In this document: one piece after another, positions 39,401 to 47,700 of the stretch | Position numbering within the stretch: the stretch's first letter is position 1 | How the letters are laid out: every line of letters begins with the position of its first letter | Virus record (IMG/VR): IMGVR_UViG_3300032293_000766 | Location: 32,001 to 96,000 of that record | Length of the DNA: 64,000 nt | DNA from: a virus | Strand: one strand, 5' to 3' | Notes under the pieces: model-generated | What the model saw: the letters and a program-made list of their open reading frames with translations, nothing else | The model's database searches: none | What the model was told of the DNA's origin: nothing | Position numbers and translations under genes: made by a program

Positions 39401-41974
39401 GGAAGCATATCAGAAGTACAAACTAGTATATTTACCGGTAGAGCATCTAGTAACTCTATCAATATAAACTTTAGATCACGCAACGGCAATCTTGGCTTGC
39501 TAAATGGTACTAACTATGTTCCTCATACTAATAGAATATTGTCTGTATCTGGCATTTTACACCCAATCGGATATTATAGCACAACTACCACCAGATATAT
39601 TCCACAGTTTGCTTATTATAGAGAATTTGTTAAAGATGAATGGAGAATTACTTATGAGGGTCGCCAAGCATATGATGTAACAACGCCTCCAAGGTTTAGA
39701 GCTATAATGAATGATAATACTAGATATTGTCAAGACATATGCGATTATCATTCTGCTGCACAAATTTTACCAGAATTATATAGATCTTCGATAACAAGTC
39801 CAGAATACTATATCTTCTATTGTGATAGGTATGAGATATATAAAAATACAGTCGATGAAGATGGCGGTGGCGTATATCTAGAAGAAGATGGTGGCGAAAT
39901 GTTCAGCACTTACAGCTGCTCAAATAAAGAAATAGAAGATGGCCCAGTGGTTGCGGCGCATGAAAAGGAACATTTCTCTACATTTACTAATGGTTATAAT
40001 AGATCTAATATTGTTTTAATAGGCGATAAAAGCTTAATTCAGGGTGATTGTACAACTGATGTAAACAATTTATTAAAAACAAACGTAATAAATTTTATTA
40101 GAAGTCTTTATCCACCAAACCCACCACAGGAACTAATTGATCGCGGCGGCAAAAGATTTGAAGTTCAATCTAAGATTATGTCGCCAGAACGTGGTAGTAA
40201 TTCTAGATATTATTACGCAAGTGGCTTAAACTATCTTATTTCCTCTTACGGTAATGATAATGAAGATAGATCTAAATATAGATATAATCTTTCTAAATTT
40301 AATCCAAATGCTGTTATTAGAAGAGAAATACCAGATGATGGTCAAAATGCTGCAATAGAAGAATTTGGTAGCAATATAGCTAATCCTTGGCCAAGATGGG
40401 GAGCTTCTGGTATTGTAATAGAATATGACGCAAGTAATAATCCAAGAATAGTAGATTATTCTGAGTATTCTGACGCTATTAATGGCGGCATACCAAAGAC
40501 AGTCTCTAAGCTAGGCTATGACTTTATAGATATACATCACAACAATATTGCTATATCTGGTTTTGTAGGAGACTTGTTTGGATATTCCATTTCTCTTTAT
40601 AAAGATAGATTAGTTGTTGGATCTCCTTTTGCCGCTTTTAACAATCAAGATCAAGCTTTTAATTGGGAAAATATACAAAACAATCCATTGCGATCTGGTT
40701 TAACTATAGGAAACTTTGGTGGTGCTGGTGCGGTTTATGTATTTACAAATAGCAATAGTGGAGTTGATGAAATTGGTAATAATATGAGGTGGGAGCTAAA
40801 GCAAAAACTTAGACCAAAAACAATTAACGTTGGGCAAGACATAACTAGTGTCGCGTTATCACAAAATGAAGCAATATTAGGATCTAATATATATTCTTCT
40901 GGATTCTTAAGAGAATATAGTATGTCTCCAGATAAATTTGGATCTTCTATAGATATGGACGGCGACCTATTATTAATTGGAGCGCCGTGTCACGACTTTG
41001 ACAATTTAATACATAACATCTATAAAAGCGGGGAATTTGTTAGAAAGGAATTTGATTTCCAATTTGATATACCTCTACACAAAGTTTATGACTTAGGATC
41101 TGCTCAGAATAGGCAATTATTACCTAATAGCGGTGTACCTATTTTGAATAGGGGAGCAGTATTTAGTTATGAAAACGATATCATTAATTGGGATACTAAG
41201 GCCCAAGCTTGGACATTAAGGCAAAAATTAGTTCCACAGGGATATAGATCAAATAGTCAAAATTTCTCTGAAAATGACATGTTTGGAAACGCAGTGGCAA
41301 TCGAAAGAGTAGATAGAAAAGATGCTAAATATAACGCATTTGTTACCGCGTCAAATCATAAGTATGGTTTATCTACTAGTTCTGGTATTAATAATGCTGG
41401 GTCTATATACACTTACGACGCTATGATTAGAAATCAACCTCCAGCAATTAGTAGTAAAAATATGTGGTTAGACGCCAAAATCTTTTCTGATGGTAAAAAT
41501 AACTCTAATCTTAATATGTATATCAACAAAGAAATACACACTCAAACTAACCAAAGTATTATTTCTACAGGCTTAGTTTTCTCTAATAAAGACGGTGAAA
41601 TCTATTTAGAAGGTTCGGGTTTTGATGGAAATACATACGGTAACATCTCTAATAGACCCTATATATATAGTATTTACGGGGAAATGGTTAAAGGTACATT
41701 TATAGAAAATGGTATTAGGTTATTTAATATTGGGGCAGATGAGTTCTTACAAAAAAATGGAAGTATGACTTTACAAGTAGTGGCACCGGAAACCGCATAT
41801 GTGTATAGTACATTAGATTTATATACAGATAGCATTATTAGTAGTGGCGTAAGATCGTTGAATTTATTTAATAACGCCGGTACTGTTTCTGGAATTAATA
41901 ATTCACTCAATATTTACATTAGTGGACAAGGATTGTTGCCATCCACTTTATTACTTAGAGGACAAGGTAAATAA
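30488..41974 (+). CDS. Giant virion protein (3828 aa) with LamG-like domain and dispersed FG-GAP (integrin-alpha-like) beta-propeller repeats
   Basis: FGYSIATAKNVAVVGAPKE, FGHSVNIS, LGWSSALNEDG, FGYSISLYKDRLVVGSP, FGSSIDMDGDLLLIGAP and G(A/R/S)(V/L/I)Y motifs; follows tape measure. Confidence 0.75.
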   Translation: MPTFCFCSSRLDGEGPIPIVASSFLEADLTVQMSYSPKFETFSNFGLYIKSLGLTRLIAEASIPQQNYNITHSVVSALLTNASISDNINVELYSKSNFSTDSEFIALADKISGNIFEDNIEQLDNDNFFAAPVNGTQKLYPVQDLITSYNGQVLVNEKLQTSDLFNSINGGIFVGDFRSDGRTISDTLSYILPSSVNIGGHYRYKAVVENPRLTPKESRLFIRAAAPLFGSNDTDESIPRYTISNIKFEDPSGNLIIQYRDIEVRGDANFDNAPENISYTTYITRPIKNNAILATQDINYPILNSNGDYTLTFDIIIDSNDAPFNLGFNEGFDDDIPNDNVIIDEDDYLSIGSPFSTISQEAINPINSIRISEIEIFNFGAANIVNDTYLNCYTEVDLIGERLERFLSPQILLPYDHNNRIHPSVNTIWASSPDSSGVRLFNTNQELSNQIVGKIINDSDDDYIELVSSSILDSGKLHLVFTHKTLESLLVYRGGAFRELSNSFSLAELVNLPPINEYFLVDEVYLRVKAKKAIGSRDYAIDVVGYSDDKLLNVTSQVGGFLQNDIGGSGSIPYVSGFAPTNSLGLSSESISDNYQYYQRDERLNVGGDHYRLSPNIVNSTSFREYKIPLKIYQDIGRLGQPQEYGLSNYFESLYLDIYPLPSGASISSIQLVVKYKPSNGLNMHTMGEPQYNQKNNLRLFPRDVLYPSNNLPLSYIDLIPHAYDTPTTFKQNYSRRWRGAEGISTSSFKQSNFDDFGFERSYLNSPFISSNYEFKDISNNLVIPDKYTSGSGVANHTINKLENIGWRFNSNSLFNQPTPYRTIDWTSISGYETHALRGKISDSFDCAIRMSGSNSIDFQPFESSGGFATYIRFSPDKDNNFQSGVLFSHYNTSNELLFLVGYSSGYLFAQAKNSSGNFISLYDNTIYSNYSYPLNVVLTYDNNLSTLNLCTKNELDNLPIKIFTANNFTIANGSGSLLLGGFNSFITDFGFSNQCNLLTVDSNSNDKDVGIYRFFDAITNNKAVNHKLSTFIDESLDSWSFGEFRHRDFASSEFSTLSKRDGYDFIYFDIKNDGLPYAQKINTPLASGFSSSNLSYHSQIENDFLRIHLSDAPDNFYAAAVRLSKTLPQGYDFVEDALLVETVLEYTSSGNVIWPNGKTGPKLIVSLYTTNKDPSSYSAKNFGLINRGVHYLDSKDAIVMLQTGFDFNSFVDDSESWSMFPEEKRITEFNHKYFSKDLDDMFIQYDIEYPSGNPYYSNLRINTVNVSLDSYISKKQNFQTSVDIITNGAQYEFNFLNFVVSPHEENVQSLILHVDGCPIYSLDPAYLSTYIAGASGVEDISLPLYIGAFTESSFGSDGDLFGSLFPNAMDLYISGQYVENEFLVMRTQAPGLFVYKMNYRLPLVTFDKFSYSNNALPLFIRPEIADELIFRVNSTFNLYTEVTQITVLNSYLNLNTANYPTIYSNDASLNSYIESRYAYDGLKQGKKQFLWNGIDTGLEIEFDDNFYANIPVGNEIRGVELICFGDCSRSGTCIEKGIYTHETQWTEDRCVDGGIFRAKSTYTNPTASGFGNTIGYSGNYYGIRKYTGLVPSAPYFISAKSLTGNDDFNLVPPKFEEWEYGTNDNVAFSGTKIVAPNRIENAQFGYSIATAKNVAVVGAPKETVYDNGSGVDNAGALYVYRRLDEPTLNSGSLSSDKTGWGFEAKLTLPSGYILDYPIPYGTTSPIPGLPIPLTKWNVGQEGRELGTSVAIGVNNDIKSYGENNRQIIVAGGPKAEFTRTFDDITTNKVKACIIVFADEFNPNDDGYWQNMYGFDRQIGEKTNRNNTLYKYYARPPLEIETKILVIQPTGAFSEIYYSNFRRKNYLYHTTIPRTNNKQYQLNKAAIDNTMLSGVINLFLEAFQPNSGIIHNNIPVTIGIFCDNSKSLSRQSVQPLISNFTNWYREYSYASGLKNFYQVPTSGNVYEFFPDFNLAEDWRAMSNIILDNLLDTGRISNSNETFLFAEDFGLDAVNTNLSEFNVLPDLGGRVYIFEKESGYWNVIQEISSTNDVKYNGFGHSVNISDDTLGITIGSPYTNESCYSLRYDDSVKSSIYSNLGNWLNYRGKISLRSQYNQFTGSNYDRGLKIYDFLSAKEKFDYRRDLEFWGGTLPEEYKVNFIYSYDDIPYTGGDYKGLVLSQLNTSRLGWSSALNEDGSIIAFGSPTDSLNRFDDTDLWYGGENNQLVFQGMYPAEQYAGSVRVFQSRDYYSHDGVVSFSRFGNIGEENGDLQILGNIFNGFGGNPLHRKMNFSEIEIPKSAGLAFITTPSLDAASDEIMQNIKDWLALGDRTLVLVGNDPVYEDNGLYSNSNDIVNKILSKLDSRMRLHPTKNRYESLIDSGNCASDLVNILPSYQPKGISPTYINFNNTFVGHGVSDIRMHIPEHATMYMPNCNLWNDKCSLPLAHRGDLRANFNYPYVGYRGRTQIGQLNWARLFDKDNKPEYARNWNRAIYNFPKQEPIPLLVAGEYVPSYTIHYPAEPATSGLFPIYRDVTVRLPDLIANDVQEFWYWDVLDSVNYKDQVVFKIDFENGSPTFNGDFFNPEPTNNRDAIIQGRAEIRNFDPVLGFELKYDRQVICSEEIYQTPSESNNNSQVVLLATVLSESKANLTSGSQDINIQFYTNLITINGEDLSKLRQSTYSCNLPSTIGIVGGWTGRKNFKDGYSESFLEELYGELPETQAEIKVFSETIPNYINVCWIPNTKNAQPTDQDITNLKNWLNLGGKKLIVTFDDSYESALAARNLSNKLGIKIQPIYLENRGRFANSYDRTISDRNTVIGQWISPNISQFNVQSKIIKSCLYDVDNTTNLIVNEFYPRNLFTTGFDPPVSFTPILGNFYHQSLDSIKDVLVAKYPIYDTVFFDIPAIWEIDGAASISIPVIPNSGYTVFINYLSEFENEKIPITIDIDNFRTSARPSNDPDDEDVVREFVTPSGSISEVQTSIFTGRASSNSININFRSRNGNLGLLNGTNYVPHTNRILSVSGILHPIGYYSTTTTRYIPQFAYYREFVKDEWRITYEGRQAYDVTTPPRFRAIMNDNTRYCQDICDYHSAAQILPELYRSSITSPEYYIFYCDRYEIYKNTVDEDGGGVYLEEDGGEMFSTYSCSNKEIEDGPVVAAHEKEHFSTFTNGYNRSNIVLIGDKSLIQGDCTTDVNNLLKTNVINFIRSLYPPNPPQELIDRGGKRFEVQSKIMSPERGSNSRYYYASGLNYLISSYGNDNEDRSKYRYNLSKFNPNAVIRREIPDDGQNAAIEEFGSNIANPWPRWGASGIVIEYDASNNPRIVDYSEYSDAINGGIPKTVSKLGYDFIDIHHNNIAISGFVGDLFGYSISLYKDRLVVGSPFAAFNNQDQAFNWENIQNNPLRSGLTIGNFGGAGAVYVFTNSNSGVDEIGNNMRWELKQKLRPKTINVGQDITSVALSQNEAILGSNIYSSGFLREYSMSPDKFGSSIDMDGDLLLIGAPCHDFDNLIHNIYKSGEFVRKEFDFQFDIPLHKVYDLGSAQNRQLLPNSGVPILNRGAVFSYENDIINWDTKAQAWTLRQKLVPQGYRSNSQNFSENDMFGNAVAIERVDRKDAKYNAFVTASNHKYGLSTSSGINNAGSIYTYDAMIRNQPPAISSKNMWLDAKIFSDGKNNSNLNMYINKEIHTQTNQSIISTGLVFSNKDGEIYLEGSGFDGNTYGNISNRPYIYSIYGEMVKGTFIENGIRLFNIGADEFLQKNGSMTLQVVAPETAYVYSTLDLYTDSIISSGVRSLNLFNNAGTVSGINNSLNIYISGQGLLPSTLLLRGQGK
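41801..41810 (+). promoter_or_regulatory. Putative phage late promoter GTGTATAGTA
   Basis: Matches the motif; lies in the 3' end of the giant gene, about 170 nt before ATG 41978. Confidence 0.4.
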
Positions 41975-41977
41975 CAT

Positions 41978-43759
41978 ATGATATCTGTAAGTGGAGCAAA
42001 AATACCGGGTGGACAAAAATTTATAAGGCCAACGCCACTAATAACTATTACTCAACAGAATAATAGGACAGGCTCTGTTAGATTTGGCAATTCTTACAAG
42101 ATTACATTAAATGGAACTATTATTGCAGGTAGAGGAAATCCTTATAGTAGCGGCATTGGAGTAAATGAAAATCCTTCTTGGTACACTGGTTCTAATTATT
42201 CAGAATATAATAATGATGGAACGTGGACTCACAAAAAGCCTCCTGACCACTATCCACCTCCAGACAAAAGACTAGGTTCTATACTTGTTCAACAAAGAGG
42301 CTTGAGAGAGCTATTTGCTACAGATGGTTTAAACTTACGAGTGTATCACACATACGACACTGGCGGTAATCCAGCCTTTAGTTGTAATTGTGTTGTAGAC
42401 TCTATAAATTTTGAAGAGGGGATTTGGGTAGATACTTGTAAATATACTATTGAATTAACTACATATGTTATATATCATAATGAGCAAGGTCTAACAAACT
42501 ACCCGCTCAATTTACCTCCTGACCATCCAGACGCACATATCTCTGGATTATCTCCAACAAACTTTACTTTTTTGCATGGCGCTAGCGGTTTATCTACTGA
42601 TCGTGGATACGCTAGTGGTGCCTATATCGAAGATTTTTCTGAAGATTGGTCAATTGAAGAAGATGATCAATTTTTTAATGTAGATGACGGTGGGTTTATT
42701 AAAGCTCCAGCATTTAGAGTTACTAGAAACTTATCTTCCACTGGGCGTACAGCTTATTTTGATGATGCTAACATTGCGGGTTGGATTATTGCTAAAGACT
42801 TTGTGAAAAATTATCTTTTAGCATCTGGTGGCGAAAATCTTGCAAACAAAAGCTTAATAGATTTTTATGCGAATACTGGTAATTTAGGTCAGGGTTATTT
42901 TATATCAGCTGTATCTAATGGTGAGTATTTTAATCACACGGTAAGTGAAAATTTCAGCGTTACAGAAGGTACTTATTCACTTTCTGAAACATTTATTATG
43001 TGTTCTGGTGGCTCTCAAAGTGGAGCTATGGAAGCGTATACCATGCAAGTTACTAGCGATCATCAAAATCCATTCATTAATGTAGCTATTAATGGAAGCA
43101 TACAGGGATTAGCGCCTAAACCATCTGGAAATTATAAACCATTGATAGGTGCTTCTGGTAAATATGACATGGCTATAAAGCATTGGGGAAAAATATCTGG
43201 AAGTGGAATTTTTGGAGTTGTATCGCCAATTTATAAAAGAGCTAATAGTGCGGTTGGCGTTGCTCTTAATTCTCAACCCAAAAATATATCTATTGGTTTA
43301 AATAAAATACAGGGTACTATTGACTATGCTATAGAGTTTGATAATCGTCCTAGTAATTTTATTTCCGGTGTATCTCATGAAACTGTATCAATTAATGATA
43401 CATATCCTGGCGATGTTTTCGCAACAATTCCAGTTATTGGTCGAAAACAAGGCCCAATTTTTCAATCTATGGGAACTAGAACAGAATATAGAAGAGATGT
43501 ATCTCTTGAATTTATTCTAGATTATTATGATACTTATTACCCAAGTGGTAACAGTGACGCAAGTAGACTTGCGCTATTAAAAAAACCAATATTGTATCAC
43601 CCATATCGTGGACAAATTCTTGATTTTATTAGTGGGGTTTGCCCGTATAATGAACCTGGAGTAAGAAAATACTTTATGAATCCTACAACTGAAACTTGGT
43701 CGCCCAAGGAGGGCAGGTATTCATTAAATTTAAGTTGGACTTACGAATTGGATAAATAA
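41978..43759 (+). CDS. Virion structural protein (tail tip/baseplate region)
   Basis: 593 aa, beta-rich with repeated G(T/R)Y(S/A) strand motifs; synteny after tape measure. Confidence 0.55.
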   Translation: MISVSGAKIPGGQKFIRPTPLITITQQNNRTGSVRFGNSYKITLNGTIIAGRGNPYSSGIGVNENPSWYTGSNYSEYNNDGTWTHKKPPDHYPPPDKRLGSILVQQRGLRELFATDGLNLRVYHTYDTGGNPAFSCNCVVDSINFEEGIWVDTCKYTIELTTYVIYHNEQGLTNYPLNLPPDHPDAHISGLSPTNFTFLHGASGLSTDRGYASGAYIEDFSEDWSIEEDDQFFNVDDGGFIKAPAFRVTRNLSSTGRTAYFDDANIAGWIIAKDFVKNYLLASGGENLANKSLIDFYANTGNLGQGYFISAVSNGEYFNHTVSENFSVTEGTYSLSETFIMCSGGSQSGAMEAYTMQVTSDHQNPFINVAINGSIQGLAPKPSGNYKPLIGASGKYDMAIKHWGKISGSGIFGVVSPIYKRANSAVGVALNSQPKNISIGLNKIQGTIDYAIEFDNRPSNFISGVSHETVSINDTYPGDVFATIPVIGRKQGPIFQSMGTRTEYRRDVSLEFILDYYDTYYPSGNSDASRLALLKKPILYHPYRGQILDFISGVCPYNEPGVRKYFMNPTTETWSPKEGRYSLNLSWTYELDK

Positions 43760-43760
43760 T

Positions 43761-44576
43761 ATGGCTAATAATCCAAGTAGTAGAGCTAATAATGATGACA
43801 TGTATCCGCATAGCGGTATATATGGACGCATTTTACCAAGTGGGTATGCGCATTTTGCAGATGACCTACAAAATCAAAAAAGTAGACGCGGCTCATCTTA
43901 CATTACTACTTTTCCAAGTGGATGGGATGAAAATGTTGACGCAAAAGAGAGATATCCTAATTTAGACCCTTTACAAAATAGTAATGGGGTATATTTTCCA
44001 GTTTATACAAGTGGGATTAGTTTTACTAGTGCTTCAAGCGTCTATACTGTTACCCCCGACAGTACACCCGGCACTATGTCAAAGCTTTTTGCATCTAGTG
44101 GTGGTTTTAGTAATTCTGAAACAGTATACGATCAAGCAGCTAGTGGTAAGTTTTATTTTGATGCTAGTGGTTTTAAAAACCAAGGCAGCGTTTTAGCTAG
44201 ATCTGGTGAGAGTTTTATGTTTACTAACTCTTTTGCGGCTACCGCTGCTGGTGGTTTTAACTTAAGTGACGCAACGCCACCATTTCAATACAAAGTACAA
44301 TATTCTGGCGTATCTGATATTTTCAATTCTGTTATATATAGATATAGAACGTCCGTTAAGAGTATTGCTAGTGGCATTTATGCTTATCCACCAGCGCCAT
44401 CTCCACCAAGCTTACCGACACCACCACCATCAGAGCCACCATCAGAGCCGCCAGACGGGCCACCAGACGGGCCACCAGACGGGCCACCAGACGGGCCACC
44501 AGACGGGCCACCAGATCTACCACCGGGAGAGATTGTTTGGAATTCAACATCGCAAATATTTACTAGGATAGTCTAA
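43761..44576 (+). CDS. Ser-Gly-rich virion protein with Pro-rich (PPDG)n stalk
   Basis: 271-aa ORF; 10 SG dipeptides in first about 205 aa; PPSEPPSE(PPDG)5 near the C-terminus. Confidence 0.65.
   Translation: MANNPSSRANNDDMYPHSGIYGRILPSGYAHFADDLQNQKSRRGSSYITTFPSGWDENVDAKERYPNLDPLQNSNGVYFPVYTSGISFTSASSVYTVTPDSTPGTMSKLFASSGGFSNSETVYDQAASGKFYFDASGFKNQGSVLARSGESFMFTNSFAATAAGGFNLSDATPPFQYKVQYSGVSDIFNSVIYRYRTSVKSIASGIYAYPPAPSPPSLPTPPPSEPPSEPPDGPPDGPPDGPPDGPPDGPPDLPPGEIVWNSTSQIFTRIV
44424..44510 (+). repeat. In-frame VNTR: CCACCATCAGAG x2 then CCAGACGGGCCA x5 (perfect)
   Basis: Directly readable; 44451-44510 is exactly five copies of the 12-mer. Confidence 0.95.
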
Positions 44577-44728
44577 TATATATCCAGAAGGAAGTGTGAG
44601 CTTTGCTTCAAAACCCCATCCAGTTTTATCTGAACTAAGACTGCCACTGTTACTGGTAATAGAGGACAAACTGGTACAGTTATAACTTAGCGATTTAGAA
44701 TCTGTTTATCTGTAAAGGAACTTAAAGA

Positions 44729-47700
44729 ATGACAAAATTTACTAGAACTGATCCATTAAAACCAAATGGACTTACATATGGATATGGTATAGTTCCAGAT
44801 TCTGGATTTTTTGGAGAACCACCACAATTTAGTGGTGCTAGAAATCTTCCACGAAATACTGCGTTTGTAAACTCTGGCTCATTTCCATCTTCATATTCTA
44901 ATGCTAGTTTTGATTCTTATGTGCAGCAGACTTTTTTAGGTGCTACTATATTAGATTTTTCTATATCTGCTGGATATGGAGATACTGCATCACAGCTATC
45001 AGTCAGTCTTGTAAATGATGAATATAACAATTCTGATGGAACGCCACTAGGCGCTGGGGCTGATATATATCACTCAGGAGTTAGCGGAGATAGATTTAAT
45101 CCACCGCCAATAGGTAGTCCAGTATTTTTTACTTTTGGCAAGGGCGGTTTAGTTACGGCTGAAAAAATATATCAGTGGCAAAGCAGTGGATTACCATATA
45201 TGGATAACTGGATGTCAGGCGTGGGATTAACATTTGATCCCCCAGATGTAAGCGGTAAATATCACTTCGCTTTTGGTGGAATATTACAGGGATGGACTCA
45301 AAATAGAAATATAAACGGGTTTACATTTAATGTTAATGTTGTTGATCCAAGACAAATTTTATCTAGCGTCAAGCTTATATTAAATAACTATGCAGAAGGT
45401 ACTTATAAGACAGAAAATATCATAAATGTATATGGATTTTTAGAACATAATCCTAGTACAACTTTATCCAGCACACTTCAAAGTAATTATACTCAGAGTG
45501 GTATATTAACTAAATACTTTGTTGCAGATTCAGCAGGAAGCTATACAGGTAAGTTTACATACATGGGATTTCCTGTAAGTGGATTATATGACAACTATCA
45601 TAAACCAGCCTACAATGCATCTGTCTCTAATGGTCTACCCAGAAATTTTCCAATAACTGGTACTGGAATGTCTAGACGTTCTCCAGTAGGTATTCCATTC
45701 TATAGAATAATAGATGCTATATCTGCACAAATGAGACTTTTTGGTGATTTGCCACAAGAGTATATAGATTACGGATTTGAAACTTTCATTAGATTTCGTG
45801 GATATAATTACATTATAGATTTTGGAAGTTTACCAACCGAGTATATACCAAGATTATATTATGTTGACTTTGAAGAAGTGTCTATGTTAGATTTTATGCA
45901 AGAGATTTGTGAAATAGTAAATCATGAGCTTTTTGTCTCGTTGTTACCTATCAATGATCACCCAAAATATCAATATATTAAGGCTTGGAACTTATCTTGT
46001 AAAAATAGCTCAGATAGAAACATAAGAAATAAAATTGTAGCTGGCATAATAAGAATTGATGCTATAGATAGAACTCCAGCACAACAGTATGGCAAAATCG
46101 CTGAATACATTCGTGATTTAGATAAAGTATATAGAGATAATGGCACGGTCATAGATTGTAAAGCTACAAATTTAAGTGAAGCTGATATTCAAAAATGCCT
46201 CGCAAAACAAACAGTAACGAGTTCTGATATTGGTTTTGAATTAACGGATGTAACAACAGAAAAATTTGTTGCCGGTGCTAATGAAGTTAATATGCATTTC
46301 TTTACCGGTAATTGTGATAGAGATACTTATCAAACTAACTCACAAAGAGAGTTATTGCAAGCAAGACAATATACTCATGACGAAATGATTACTCAACAAA
46401 TTCTTCCATATTACGGGATGTTAGGATTTGGTGAAAATGCTGGCGTTACAATACCAAGGGGATTCGGTGCATATCAACAAATTTTATTAGATACAACTTC
46501 GCTGAATGTAAATGGAGTTGGAAGTTATTATGTTGCAACTGAAATGGAATTAAGATGTGCTATGGTTTCTTTTGAAAGATGGAAAGAGTTTTTGTTAATG
46601 TACAATGATGTATATATGGAATCCGTTGAAGGAAACGATGTTATAGAGGGTAATGCGCTAGTAGCTACTCCGCAGAGAGGTCAGGTAAACCATCCAACTC
46701 TAAGTAATAATTACGCTGTGACTGTTCCGCGATGCGTTTTTGAATCTGATAGAAATTATTTAGAAGGTGATGGATTACCAGCTAGTCCATGTGCGCCACC
46801 ATACGGATATCCATTATATTATAAACGCGCGCTAAAAATAGGAATACCAGAGGGTGGTTTGGCTAAAGTCACTGCAAATCTAACTCAATCTATTACAGAT
46901 TTAGCTAAAATGAGACAAGAAGCTAAAGAAACTATTAGTAACAGTCAAATGAAAGGTAAAAATTTTAAATACTGGTCTACATGGGGAAATCTCATGTTTG
47001 ATTCATTTCGTGCATTTAAAGGTACTCTGCACCCAAGAAAAGTTGAGTTAATTGATAGTACGCAGGCGAGTTTTACTAGAGTATTTAATTTTTATAACAC
47101 TCTAAATAATAATATTAACAACAATAATTCTGATTACCGCGAATATACAGCGTTAATAGATGATGCCATGACTAATGCTTCTAAGGTCATTAGCATTATG
47201 CCAAGATTGGCTAGGAAACAAAATGAAAATGCAAAAAAGGTTTATAACTTTATCAAAAATATAGCAGAAGAATGTCTAGGCAAAAAGTTTCTTGTTAAGA
47301 TACCAAAATACGCAAATTCATTTTACCAAGACAAAGTTGAATATTCTACTACTGATAATAGTAGGCCATATACTCTTACTAAGGGGCCGTTCGGTTTTAA
47401 GCCCAAGGTATTGAATAGTGCTTTTGAAATTAGTGGTATTAGATATAATACTTTTACCGCTTTAACATCTTTATCGCAATGCCCACCAATGAAATCGTAC
47501 TTAACGTCTGGAAGCTACGATGGTATGCCTGTTAATGGACTGATAAAAGATGGGGCTTTAAAATCTAATTATCAGCCCATAACAGATACTTTTGAATTTA
47601 ATTATGTTCCATCAACTGAGGGTGGTTTTTTTGATTTTGATTTATACGCCAATGTATTTAAGTCTAATGAAATGTTATACATGATGAATAACTATGCAGA

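Noticed and set aside
44451-44510. Repeat array as possible CRISPR
   Set aside because: Contiguous 12-bp units with no spacers, in frame within a gene.
44266-44571. Alternative-frame ORFs over the VNTR (QTGH and VARL repeats)
   Set aside because: By-products of the stop-free 12-bp repeat.
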